A stretch of DNA of 64,000 bases from Blasia pusilla. Taxonomy: Eukaryota. The DNA lies in contig CM114271.1 in NCBI GenBank assembly GCA_050084515.1, positions 4,960,001-5,024,000 of the forward strand. Direction: 5' to 3'. The notes beneath the pieces were generated by a model. It saw only the letters and a list, made by a program, of their open reading frames with translations. It ran no database searches and had not been told where the DNA came from. Positions within the stretch are counted from its first letter, which is position 1; each line of letters begins with the position of its first letter. Shown in pieces: positions 24,987-38,009 of the stretch. Both the position numbers and the translations under genes were made by a program.

Positions 24987-27900
24987 ATGCGGGAGATTAA
25001 ACCTGCGCAGCGAATGGCAGATCTGGCCCGGAATGGACCGGTAGAACGCGACATTGAGCAGGTAAACGGGGGTCGGACCAGTCCATGTTTATAGGTTTCG
25101 AGAAGAACAGCGTCCGAGGTCAATTTAGCTTTACAAGCATTATGATTGTGTGACGCAGTTGTTGCAGTGGTTGCTTGGGTAAATCCCCCCGTCGTGCTTC
25201 ACACATCTGAGCAGCGATTGGAGTTGGCAAACTCTCTTGAGGTTCAAATCAGTTAGGAACTTTTTCTACTTACTTACATGGGACCCATCTCTCGTCAATA
25301 TCCTAGCGATCAGGTGTAGAGAAGCGTCGGCATTCTTAATTAGGGTTTGAGGCTGATCTTGGCCAGCCGTTGAGTGTTTTGTTGTGGTGGCTTCTTGTGG
25401 TATGCTTGGTTTTCTAGGAGGAAACGTCCTTCTGCACTAAAATCTGCCCAAAGGTGTCTAATGAGATCGCACTGCCCCCCCTCAGGATGAGAAACAAATC
25501 CTTTCTTATGGCTATTCGTAAAAGTCATTGCACTATCCTTTTATGTCGAAGTCTCCGTACGGTCTTTTTGTGTGTTACCTGTCACGGCTATGAATTTTGG
25601 TGGAGGTAACGTTGACGTGCCTTCGTCCGTCAAACCAGGTTGGCTTTTCATACTTTTGCATCTGCCCAGCCCACTTGGAAGCCTGGACGACCCATAACTC
25701 CTCTGGGTGATCGGAACGTCTTATCTGTTTGTACCCCGAATTATAGCTCTTCTGAATGAGATCAAAATTGGGTTATACGTCTACTATGGCTGCTCTAGTT
25801 AAGTTCATAGCTTGGAGTGTGTGAATGTAACATAGGAACGGATTCCATTTATATTCATTGTTGAACGTCGTCCATCACCAGTTATGGCCGAAAGGACAAA
25901 GTTCTACATGAGGTGTGACTGATCTCTTAGAGACGGTTCCTCTAGGATCATAGGCGATTTGTTATCAGTTTGCCAAACATGGCTGATCGAAAGCTGCTGC
26001 TTTGTGATGCTTAGCTGCAAAGCTTTGACAGCATAGTATGGTGCAGGAACTGCTGTCATAAATAAGTGAACATTGCAGTAGATCCTGGTTTTCATGGAGG
26101 GTCTCACTACACAGGTTTTTATCCCGGTTTTGTGAAGCAGTGTTGGATGACAATAAAATCAGTAATAGGGAGTTTGATTCTCGAGTTGTCAAAGGGAGGT
26201 CAAATATGCCCTGAGGAAATCCCTTCTTTAATCAAGTCCCTGGCTTTGAGCTGAATATTTGCTGGTAATATCAATTCTTCTCGCACCTCTCAGTACAGCT
26301 GTAGTTCCTGTATTTGTCTGAAAGACCCCAATACATCCATGCTTGGTTCTGTTTGGCAGAAGCATTATATTCTCAGTTCGATACACGGACCCAGTTGGGG
26401 TACTATTGACGGTGATCTCCTGACAATCTGCTTTCGTTTCCTAGCTCGCTGTTGAATCTGAGGTATCTGTCTTTCCAAGTCCTTGGCCAATTACTAGGAG
26501 CCCTGTTTAGATTATCACAGCTTTCAGAAAGATTGTGAGTGATCCGGGTCCAGTTTACAGTTTAGAAAGAAATGCAGTTTCTGGGGCAGTTAGATCTCAT
26601 ATCTTGGTTCTTCTCTTCAGTAGAGTGCATGATAAGATGAGATTTCGAAGTTTGAACGTGTGTATCACATTGAATCAAAACTTTCCTCCCCCCTTTGGAA
26701 GTTTTAAGTTCATAAGGAAGATTCGCAATACCTCTGAACCAGGTGATACGGCACTTTCTCGTTTTTGTGACACTTTGCTGAGTCCTGGGTGTATAAACTT
26801 TGATCCCTTGTCCTAGATACAGGATTGTCAAAAGCCATTAGTGTAGGTCAAGCTCCAATCTAAGGAACTGTCATGTTTTTCACTCCTGTTGGGTTTCCTC
26901 TGCCTTGAGCAGTTGACAACGGTACTTTTCTGTATTGGTTTTGCAGGCCATTACTGCACTCAAGAAGGGTGCCCAGCTGCTGAAGTACGGGCGAAGGGGG
27001 AAGCCTAAATTTTGCCCGTTTAGGCTCTCTAATGTAAGAAAGCTTTTATTGAATGCATGATTAAGTGTTCATCCAGGTCCGTCAGAGGAATGACTGAAAT
27101 TGAATGCGTGCAGGAAAATTTTGAAGTCCTTCGTCTTATATGCCCTCATTTAGATGCCCTGATTGTTTGTCCCAGTAGCCCCTAATGCTCACTACTGGAA
27201 ACAAATAGGCGCTCAATACTGTCAAATCTTCTTGAATGAAGGTCTCAATTGTACTTATTGCACAAGACCTATATCTAAAGTCAGCTAAGGAATCTGTGAT
27301 TCAAATAGAAACACAAGTTGAGAGATTCTGTCATGATTAATCTTCTACACCCTACATACGACAGGATGAAGGAGCTCTCATTTGGTTTTCTGGAAAGGAA
27401 GAAAAACAGCTGAGACTGAACACTGTTTCCCGGATTGTTCCTGGCCAGCGAACTGTGAGTGTACCTTGCCTACCTTTTCTGAATGCTGATTTGGAAGTAA
27501 ATATTGTGGGACGTATATGGCTACTGGTTTATGTGTGAAATGGGTTATGCTTGCATTAGTAATTTGTCTTCTCCTAAAGCTAGAGTGGGAGTAATGGATT
27601 CTCTCCCCATCTAACCTAGAGAGTCCCACGACACATGCAGTCACATCTTGTCTACTTTTGCTCCGTGTAGTCTTAGTGTTACCTGTGTGATCCCATTAGG
27701 CAGTGTCTGAAATGATGTGTCCGAATATCAAGTGTATTGCAAATCAAGATTTGCTCACCCAACTAGGACACCATGCATCTGTTCCTTTAGTAGATTGAAG
27801 CGACTGAGCTCCTCTTTGTCCAGGCAATTTTCCAACGGTATCCACGACCAGAGAAGGAATATCAATCTTTTTCATTGATCTATGGCGAACGCTCTTTGGA

Positions 27901-30900
27901 CCTGGTATATGATGGTTCTGGGCTCTGGTTTGCTCTTTGCATTCAGCTGTTGGCTCTCAGGGTGCAAAAAAATAATTTTTCACTTTTCCATAGCTTCCTG
28001 CTCCAGGGTGGTCTTTTATAGTGTTGTATTTGACTGGAGGAGATTTTGCCCAGGTTAAATGTGGAATTTAAGTTAAGCATGTGGATTGCAGTAGTTGTTC
28101 TGCGGCAGTCCAGTTTTCAGGTGGTTCTGCTTACTCAATCCATTGCACTGTTGCAGATTTGCAAGGACAAGGATGAGGCAGAAGTGTGGATTTTGGGTCT
28201 CAAGGCACTTGTCACAGTGGGTGTTAAGATCCGGAGGCCAAGGTCCGACAGTAGAAGTGAATTGCCTCCTTCTGACACATCAAGTCCTATTTCTCGCACA
28301 CGGATAAGCTCTCCCTTAACGTCGCCTTTCAGCAGTGGGGAAAGCTTACACCAGGTATATCCTCTGCTAATGCTCATGTGACCATCTGGTGATGGTTTGT
28401 TGCTTGTTAAGTTGGTCCCCATTATATCAGTGAGTCATCTTATATATCGAGGATTGCTTTTTTTAACCTGGCGAACAAGAGGTGAGCAGATCTGTGCTTT
28501 TTGTAATAGAAAGCGTTATTTGACTGTCACAAACGAAAATTTTGTGCTACTCAAGTTATAGACAGATGTCATGTCTTTGACACTCCTCCTGTAGGAACAT
28601 GATTTCAAAACTGCGATTTTGAGTAGAGTCAGGCTGTTGGTGTATACACCTGCATCTGGACGTTGTTCATAAAACCTGATGGGTTTCCAAGAGTCCCAGT
28701 TCGTTGTTTAGTGCTTTTTCTGTGAAGGGGTTGAAGGCTTGTTTTGGATGCACTTAATTGTGCCATCTATTCAATGCGAGTCTGGAGGAGTGGATAGGCA
28801 GAGCTATGTTTTGAGTATACCCATGCCAGCTGTATTCCCAAGAAGTGCTGTTGTTGTGTAACCGAGTACCAGTTCTCAAAGAGTTCAACAATCTATTTGG
28901 GTATAGTACAGACTGCCTTGAGAGTCCAAGCGTAGAAAGTTCCCGGTACCACTCTTAGATTTTCTCTTACTGACTAGTCCTCGAGTTGATTGTAGATACC
29001 TACATTGCTCTCATGGTGTTGTCTATAACACAGGCTGGTGTTGGTTTTTATCTCTTTTCAGGACCATAGTGCAGACAATTTCAGAGTGCTTAGTCCCTTT
29101 GGCAGCCCTCCCAGATATGGGTCAGATAAATCCCTGGAGAAATCCTACTCGGCAGGGGCTCTAGTTGGTGGAGACTCCAAAGCTTTCTTTGATAGTGGTT
29201 CTCTTGGAGGTTCGATGCACTCTGCAGGTTCTGATCTTAGTTCAGAAAATATGATGTCAAATATGAAAGGTGGTGGTCCTCCAGTTGATGCTGTCAGAGT
29301 AAGTATGTCAAGTGCTGTCAGTTCCTCAAGCCAAGGATCTGGTCAGGAAGAAAATGAAGCATTGGGTGATGTATTCATGTGGGGAGAAGGTATTGGAGAT
29401 GGCTTCTTAGGAGGTGGTGTACATAGAATATCAAGTAGTGGAGGTGTGAAGATGGATGCTCTCCTACCAAAAGCACTCGAATCAGCAGTGGTATTAGATG
29501 TTCAAAACTTAGCCTGTGGTGGGAGACATGCAGCTCTCGTCACCAAACAGGGAGAGGTTTTCAGCTGGGGAGAAGAGTCAGGAGGTAGACTTGGCCATGG
29601 TGTTGACTGTGATGTTCCACATCCTAAGCTTGTTGAAGCCTTAGCCACCATCAACACTGAGTTTGTTTCTTGTGGAGAGTATCACTCGTGTGCTGTCAGC
29701 CTTGCTGGTGATCTTTACACGTGGGGTGATGGTACCCACAATTTTGGGCTCCTGGGTCATGGTAACGATATCAGTCACTGGATGCCCAAGCGGGTCAATG
29801 GGCTTCTGGAAGGAATCCGGGTTTCTTCAATTGCATGTGGTCCTTGGCACACGGCACTGGTCACCTCAGCAGGACAACTCTTCACCTTTGGGGATGGAAC
29901 TTTTGGTGTTCTCGGCCACAATGACACTAAAAGTTCATATTCCCCGCGCGAGGTTGAATCTTTGAAGGGTTTGAAAACGGTCCGAGCTGCATGTGGGGTG
30001 TGGCATACTGCTGCAGTGGTGGAGGTTATGGTTGGCTACTCAAGTGCAAGTAGTTGTTCATCCGGAAAACTTTTTACTTGGGGGGATGGAGACAAGGGCA
30101 ATCTGGGTCATGGAGATAGAGATCAAAAACTTGTGCCAACATGTGTGGCTGCATTGGTGGACTATAACTTCAAGCAGGTTGCTTGTGGTCACAGTCTCAC
30201 AGTGGCTCTGACAACTATGGGCCAAGTTTTTACGATGGGAAGCAAGAATTATGGACAACTTGGAGATCCTCAGGCAGATGGTAAGACTCCGTGGATGGTG
30301 GAAGGGAGGCTTTATGAGGTTTTTGTCGAAGAGATAGCTTGTGGTTCGCATCATGTTGCTGTCATGACTCACAAGACTGATGTTTATACTTGGGGCAAGG
30401 GAGCCAATGGGAGGTTGGGTCATGGGGATACTGAGGATAGAAAGACTCCTACATTAGTGGAGGCCTTGAAAGATAAGCAGGTCAAGAGCATTGCATGTGG
30501 AGCCAGCTTTACTGCTGCCATCTGTCTACACAAATGGGTGTCAGGTGCAGACCAGTCTGTATGTTCTGGATGCAAGCTGCCATTTGGATTCACAAGGAAG
30601 CGGCACAATTGTTACAACTGTGGGCTAGTTTTCTGTCACTCGTGTAGCTCAAAGAAAGCTTTTAGAGCCTCACTTGCTCCCAGTCACAGCAAATCTTACC
30701 GAGTATGTGAACCTTGCCATTCCAAACTGAAGAAGGCCACTGAGGCTGGACCTAATACCCCTGCAGTCGCTGCAAGACGTGCTACCTTGAAAACTTTGAG
30801 ATCCATTGAGAAGGATAGGACAGATAAGTCAGACTTCAAATCTTCAAAACCATCTATGAGTTCGAAGCCTCCTGTAGAGCATAGTAAAGGGCTAGAGGGT

Positions 30901-33462
30901 AAGATGCCTCCTCGACGACCCAAGAAGTCAGATACCTCATCCAGCCGTGTATCACCTGCACCAAATGGTATATTGCCATGGGGTAGTGTGAATGTTCCTC
31001 CTACTTTTAACTCTGGGTTCTTCCAACCGAAAATTGTTGCACTGGCTACAAATCTTGGACCACAATCTAGAAATCTCTCTAGAGCAGTCTCACCTTTGTC
31101 CAGGAGGTCAAGTCCTCCACGGTCAACAACACCAACCCCAACAATAACAGGCTTGACTATTCCGAAGACCGTTGTTGATGATTTGAAGAAGACAAATGAA
31201 GCATTAAGTGAGGAAGTCCTGAAGCTGCGGGCACAGGTGAGTAAAGATTCTTTATATTTTTATTTGTTGATTTAAAATTGTTGGGTGTTTTTACCAGAGC
31301 TCATCTTGTCTGTGTACCTTCAAGTTTGTAATGTGTGAGTGCCTTCTGATGAGATTTTAGTTGCTTAGATTGGCTGTGAAAATATCTTGAAAAAAAAAAA
31401 CCCACAGTTAATTTAGGATATGCTTGCACTTTGAGACAGTTTGCCCTCCTAGGAAAGTTAGGCTCATATAACTATTGCTGCTTTGAGAGTATCAACCTGC
31501 TTTCCTCGACAAGATCATAAGCAAGTGGAGGCAAGCTGGTCCATCTGGTTCATTTCAGCTGGCCCAGGGTTGGTAATAAAAGGCGGTGTGCAGGTAGAAA
31601 GTTTCACTCGGCGGTGTCAAAATCAAGAGAAAGAGTTGCAGCGCTACATGCAAGAGGTCCGAGATGCCAACACTCTTGCTGGGGAAGAAACAGCAAAATC
31701 CAGAGCAGCTAAAGAAGTGATCAAGTCTCTTACCGCGCAGGTGCGTGGGCACTACCGTCTTAAACTTGGTAGTCTCCAGCTGTCCAAAGGTTCACATGGA
31801 GAGATTTACCTCATGATGATGCTAGTTTAATGCACTAAATAAATTTGATAAACATTTGAAGAAGAGGACATAGGATATTCATAGAGGATTCTACATTCCT
31901 CGAACACCTAACACTGATATTAGTATAGATTGAGTAGTCCTCTTTATTACCAGCAGCTTCTATCTGACTGCACAAGCCTTGTTAATAGTGAGAAGCTGAA
32001 GGAATCAGGTGCCTGCTTTTGAAGTAGAACGTTGGTTGCAAGGTGGTTGTGCCATAAGAAGAGTAATCGAATTGTTAGCCGTATGGATTTTCAAGTCATT
32101 CAGCCAAAAGGATAACTCTCTAACAGAACTTTTGCATTGCAGCTTAGAGATTTGGCTGAAAGGCTACCTCCTGGATCCATCAGGAGACCTGGGGCTGCAG
32201 CTGTTCGACATGACACCCCAAATGGAACACATCCCCCAGCTGTAGTTGATCAGTTGGGCCAATCTGAAATTGAAGGTTCTCAGAATGTCTTAAAAAAATA
32301 TAACATCACTCCTACCAGTCCAAGCTTGAGAGATGGAGATATGAACGGTGGGCCTAGTCCTCATTCTGTTACAGGCCCACATTCCACTACTACAATTGTG
32401 AGCTCTCGTTGTATTGATGGGTCCAGTTCACAAGGTAGTCGTCGACAAATTGCACTGAGACCATCAGATACTGACACTAATGGTGTGGACCTTGGGCAAC
32501 AAAATGAAGAATCAGGGAGGACCATAACTTCTACTCCCTCCGAAAATGGGAGAGAAGAAAGAGCAGAGACAGAATGGGTCGAGCAGGATGAGCCAGGAGT
32601 CTATATCACCCTGACAGCCTTGCCAGGGGGTGGCAAGGATTTGAAACGTGTGAGGTTCAGGTAGGGCCTTCAGCAGTGCCTTACGTTTTCCTTTAAGTAA
32701 GATTATTACTTTTTACTGTGATGTTGGCTATCAACATGGGCTATAAAGAAACTTGGACCTCTGGATGTGTGGTCGAATGCGTAGGTTAGATTTTTGTGGC
32801 TTGCACTCATTTCATAGTCCTCTGAGAGTTGTGATTGTTCTAGTAGTTGGTCCTGGATTCTGTGATTCTGCGAGATCTAGCTGCCCTTGAGATTTGTGTG
32901 CTGGTTTAGTTTTTCTGCCTTTATTGTCTTCTCTGCTTCTAGAGACTAAGGTCCCTTTGCTGGAACTTCTTCAAGGATTTGAATCTCAAAATTTTGTAAA
33001 TTACCTCTACTCCCGAGTTTCCTTTTAGTTAGGTGAAATGATTCAGTAACTTGTCTCCTGTGGTTTTTCTCCTTTCTATTTTCATATTTCACAAAGGATT
33101 GCTGTCACTTAAGATCTTTCTGAGTTGTCATTTGGCGAGCTAAGTGGGCAGGAAAATCATTGAAGGATTGTCAAGTTATTGCTAATATTCATTAAAGCTG
33201 CCTTTTCATGTGATCCAGACACTGACACTTATAGTTCCTTGTGGTTATTGTTTGTTTTATGATATGTTCTTGATGGTCATGCAGTCGAAAACGATTCAGT
33301 GAACGGCAGGCAGAGCAGTGGTGGGCAGAAAATCGGCAAAGGGTGCATGAGCAGTACAATGTCCGAGGGATGGACAGGCCCAATGCAAGCTTAAATGCCC
33401 CATCAAGATCTGAAGAGGAGAGGATAGATGGTCTGCCCCAGAACTCTCTCCTTAAAGGTTAA
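24987..33462 (+). CDS. RLD: PH, RCC1-repeat, FYVE and BRX domain protein (PRAF/RLD family), 9 exons, 1182 aa
   Basis: Exons: 24987-25061, 26947-27033, 27365-27454, 27824-27904, 28157-28354, 29062-31236, 31594-31740, 32143-32660, 33285-33462. All introns are GT-AG and in phase; total 3549 nt. Motifs: ERDIEQAITALKKGAQLLKYGRRGKPKFCPFRLSNDE (PH), repeated ACG..H...V...G..FTWG....G.LGHG (RCC1), KRHNCYNCGLVFCHSCS...RVCEPC (FYVE), a coiled coil, and EWVEQDEPGVYITL..LPGGGKDLKRVRFSRKRFSERQAEQWW (BRX). An alternative in-frame start is ATG 25014. Confidence 0.96.
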
Positions 33463-36400
33463 AGAGGTTGTGGGGAGCGGAGGAAGATGTCCTCTAGTAC
33501 CTTGTTGGCTGGAGATAAGATATTCCTCAACACCTGTTCATACCCTTTATAGATCGAGCACCCCAAAATCTCCGGTAAGGGTTGAGGAATTCCCTGCATT
33601 TCTCCCAGACAGTAGCAAAAGTGGTCCTTGGATGTGGTGACACATTGTTGCCCTTTTATGCCTGTTGAATAGTCATAATGCAGTCTGTTGCACGCTGGAG
33701 GGTATGCTTGTTGGGTACAGCATCTCTTCAGTCTTTTGTTCATGCTTGAGGGACTGAGCGAAAGATATATTGTACATGTCCGTACACATCCAGAGGAGTC
33801 CAGGCTGAAGGAATCATGGGTCTGAGTGAATCTGATAAGACTTCTGGAGGGTCGGAGTCTGTTCATACATACAGAAGGAGACAATGCCGTTGACAGTGAC
33901 GAAAACTCCAATCCAGGAACAAGGTGATCATGGTTGCAGTGATCTCTTCTGGTTTGGGATTGTTTTTGTCTGTGGCGAGGGCGCCTGCTACACACTTTTT
34001 CCTCTCTATGGGGTGTACTTACTGAACATGGGATGGTCCTTAGGCTCCAGGTCTTGAACCACAAGCTTAGATTGCCCTATTTACCCTCTTTTCCAAATGT
34101 TATGTCTAGCGCAAACTTGGCTCACAGTACTTTGGGTCTGAAACTTAGGTCTGCTTAATGCGAGACAATTGCTGCATATGTACTTAGCCTCCCATCATCA
34201 GCACGGTTGTCTACTCCACAGCTGTGTGCTGGTTATTGCACTTGTTTGGTGCCTTCAGTAGAGTCTAGCTGTGTAAATTATATTTCAGTTTCATCAAACA
34301 TGAAGCTCACCCAGTGAGTCCTGCTGACATTAGTTGGGGTTTTGATCATTAATAATTGTGAATCATGTCAGAATGCAACTCACAGGGAGTCCGCATTCAT
34401 CTACGCCTCTATAAATGACCTGGACATGATGTAATTGCATCAATCATGTGAATGTCTCTATGATGAAAGTAAAGTTCGCCCGCAAGGTGGGGTAAGTTGG
34501 TTAAGTGGGTAAGATGCCAAGTGACATCTCTTTCCAGCCTCTTCAGATCTACAAGCTTCTTGGCAAGTCTAAATTCCCAACATCTGTTTCTTTTTCTGCA
34601 TCTGGATATGTTTGACTTCTGCTGAGATGTGTCCCTAATTGAGACCTGACTCGGTGGTGAAAATGGGGACCTGTGCCTAACGAAGATTGGGAACTGCTAT
34701 GCCACTGACGCGATTTCTTAAAAAGCGTGGGAGGCTTTTGTAGATTTGAGATTCTGTACCTCCTGTTAAGTCTAGGTTTGTTGAAGTAGTCAATGATGGC
34801 CAGATTTGGTCCAATGAGTAGTTGGATTATGCTAAGCACCGGGTTAGACTTGAGAAAAATTCTAGAATTATGAGAACTTGGCGGTAGTAGTTGAGTAATA
34901 TGGGTCTGTAAATGCTTGACTACATTGAATTTATTCTGTAAACTCACATATTTATCAAGCCATTCAAAAGGCCTAATACTTAGCAGATGGGAGTGTGATG
35001 GTTGTCACTTGAAGGGCTCATACCCGAGAAAGAGTTGTGCATGTGGATGTGCTGTCGCGTGTGGAAGAAAAGGATAGCTTTGTAATTTCTTTTGTTCTAA
35101 AAGTCCGTGAACTTCCGATCTCACTGTCTACTGCGAAATATCGATCAACGATGCATTAGAAGTTGCCTTCTACGGGGATCTTGTTGCTTTGTAATCAGAA
35201 GCTTTGCCCAACCTCAACAGAGGTTGTGGAGTCGGTACAGAAAAGAAGAGTGCTGTGAGCCAGCTCCCTTTTAACCTTCGTCTCTCACGATGTAGTTTGA
35301 CCACTCTACCCACCTGTGTAAGAAAGCGTGATGATGAGTAAATCACTTGAACAGGAGTCCCCCACGTTGAAATGATCAACTCGTCTTGAGCACGGGAGCA
35401 ATTTCACCGCCGATCGTCAATTGACATGAGCCGGCTGCCGTGCAGTCAAGGCCCGCAGTGGTAGTAGCCGTGATGTCAAGACGGTTATGGGTGGAACTGA
35501 CACTCGCATCTATGATCCATCTCGAAATCCACAGCCCTGAAGTTATGAACCACTCGACAACCACTGAACTGACGGTCAACTTCCAACAGATTTCACGTGA
35601 AGAGGTGCTGTCCGTGTTAGAGGGATTCAGTTTCCTCGAAGTTCGGAGTTTTCTGTCACCGGAGTTATGAAGGAGAACAAGTAGACGTCAGTTGCAGTGT
35701 TGCACACAGAGGATTACGAATTTCCCTTGTGTAGCATTCATATCCGTGTAGTCCGAAGCGGGGCGAGGTTTCCGTGTATTTAGAGGATTGAGAATGTCTT
35801 ACAAGCATCAGCTCCTTCACCATCAAGACTGGCATATTCCTTCCCACTCACCGGATCAGCGGCCGGCGGTGCGAAACAGTGATGGACTCGAAGCACTACG
35901 CACCGTGTTCAACTGTCGTCGTGCATCATCGCGAGTCATGGGGCCGCTGCACCCTCCGCTTCGGTATCCGTGTCGTAACATACTTGAGCTGAATCTCTGC
36001 CCGTTCCAAAGAAAACGCTCGTCAGACAGCCCTCTCCGCTCTTTAACTACTCGAACGTCAGCATGTTCCCACTACCATTTCCGATTCGGCCTCTGATCTG
36101 CCAGCGATCTCTGCCGCATATTGTTCGCCACCTCCAGATGTTGCGCATCACTCCTTCAATGCATCCACCCGCCCCCGCCTCGCTTTCTGTCATTTGCCGC
36201 TCCGTCAAAGAGCACACGTCGCAACAGTTCGGCCTCGTTTATATCCCCTTCCCTCCGCTTCTCGCCGTCGTGTCGTGCCCGAGAGAGGCGGGCCCACGAT
36301 TCCGGTCAGCTCTCCGTCCGTCTTCTCCGTTCCCGCCCGCCAGGGGGGACGAGGCCCCACGGGGACGTCGTCCCCCCCTGGCGATGTGGTGTCGTGCCCT

Positions 36401-36662
36401 TGCCTGGCTACTGCCGGAACGGTTCCGGGTGAGGCAACGGAGCCGGTTCCGTTTGTCCTAATTCACTTCGTATTTTAGTAATTTTTGCCCGATGGGTTAA
36501 GAAGGTATTTCACGGGTTTAAGAGCATTTTACTCATGCAATATTTCACCCCATATTTTTTATTGTGGTGTTTAATTATTTATCGGTTTTATTTGGAATAA
36601 CAAAGAAAACATACACATGTAGTAGATGAAAAATAAAGAGATGTTCATTAAGATTATTTTAG

Positions 36663-37889
36663 ATGGATATTTTTGACTTATTTTTTGAAGATGGAATGTT
36701 TAGTGAAATCCAACTCTTTATTTGTATGATGGGGATCACGGATGATGACGAAATTAATATTCAAAGTTTATTCATGTTCTATTTCATGATGGAAGAGTGG
36801 CATAGGAGTCAATCAAATGGAGGAAGATAATTTTGGATAATATGAAAACAATTCACTTGGTGCGAAGTCATTCATAAACATGTTTGGATTTATAATGACG
36901 ATTTTCTTTACACTCACATGAGAAGTCGATATAGAATGTCTTTTGAAAATTTCCAAAAACTAGTAGATGTGATTGAACCATTCATGCCACCTATGCCAAT
37001 TTGTGAGAGAGCGAGAAAAAGAGTTGATATAGCAAAGTGTGTTTCGGTGGTTATCTATCGATTTGCCCATTATCCACCACTTCGAATCTTGAGTGACTTA
37101 TACGAGATTGGAAAATAGAAAATAGTCAAATATACATCCATTATCATTGACATTCTAATGAGTAGACATAAATTGTAGGCCAAATATGTTAGATGGCCAA
37201 TAATTGATGAAATGATTGAATAAATATGCAAATATAAGCGAATTTGTGGAGTTTCACAAATCATAGGTGCCAAAGATGGGTCTCACTTAAAAACTAAATT
37301 CAAACCTAATGTGAAATATTTCCCAGAGCACTATAGGAATCGTCACTATGATTCTTCAGTGCTTCTCCAAGGTATATGTGATGTCAATCTGAAGTTTTGG
37401 GACTTATGTTGTACTAAGCTTGGATCCACTCATGATGTTGCACATTTAAGGCAATCCACAAAGTTTCAATGCATTGAAGAGAAACATTTCCTTTCTCGAC
37501 CAGAAATCACATTGCCACTTCATCAAGGAGAACTCCAAGTCATTCGGCCCATAATACTTGGGGATACCGCCCATCCCCTACAACCATGGCTATTGAAGCG
37601 TTTCCATCGACACCTACATCAAAGCAATCCATTGGAAACTATATTTGATAGACATGCATCAAAGGCAAGAGTTACAATAGAAAATGCTTTTGGTGATTTG
37701 AAAGGAAGATGGAAAATTCTACGCGACTGTCCAATATCTCTAGAAATGGTTTCTAAAGTAATGCCTGGATGTGGAGTCCTGCATAATTTTGTTATTCTTC
37801 ATGAAAATCCCTTACCGCAAGACATCAATCCAATGGATGGTAGGATGAATGGTGGAATTATCCAATCACAACTCTGTAAGCAGAGTTGA
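36663..37889 (+). pseudogene. PIF/Harbinger (HARBI1-like) DDE transposase pseudogene
   Basis: ATG 36663, ORF 36918 and ORF 37311 are all in one frame, broken by about 5 internal stops. Motifs: YRMSFENFQKLV, GAKDGSH (D), LLQGICD, GSTHD, ILGDTAHPLQPWLLK (D), RVTIENAFGDLKGRWKIL (E), VLHNF. Confidence 0.88.
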
Positions 37890-38009
37890 GAGGAGAAGAA
37901 CAATCGCACGTGAACTAGTACGAGCAACATTGTTTAAAGAGTTTTGTGACACACATGCTTACTTGAGCGATGATAGAGCTCAAGGTAGATCATACATACT
38001 TAATTTTCA

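Noticed and set aside
29663..30923. Alternative-frame and antisense ORFs inside RLD exon 6
   Set aside because: Shadows of the real reading frame.
33459..34064. 201-aa minus-strand ORF after the RLD stop
   Set aside because: Non-ATG start, antisense to the probable 3'UTR, no motif.
34460..34650. Box C/D snoRNA candidate (ATGATGA ... CTGA)
   Set aside because: Spacing is long, with no terminal stem or recognisable rRNA guide.
36401..36421. TGCCTGGCT resembling the start of miR160
   Set aside because: Only 9 nt match and no complementary star arm.
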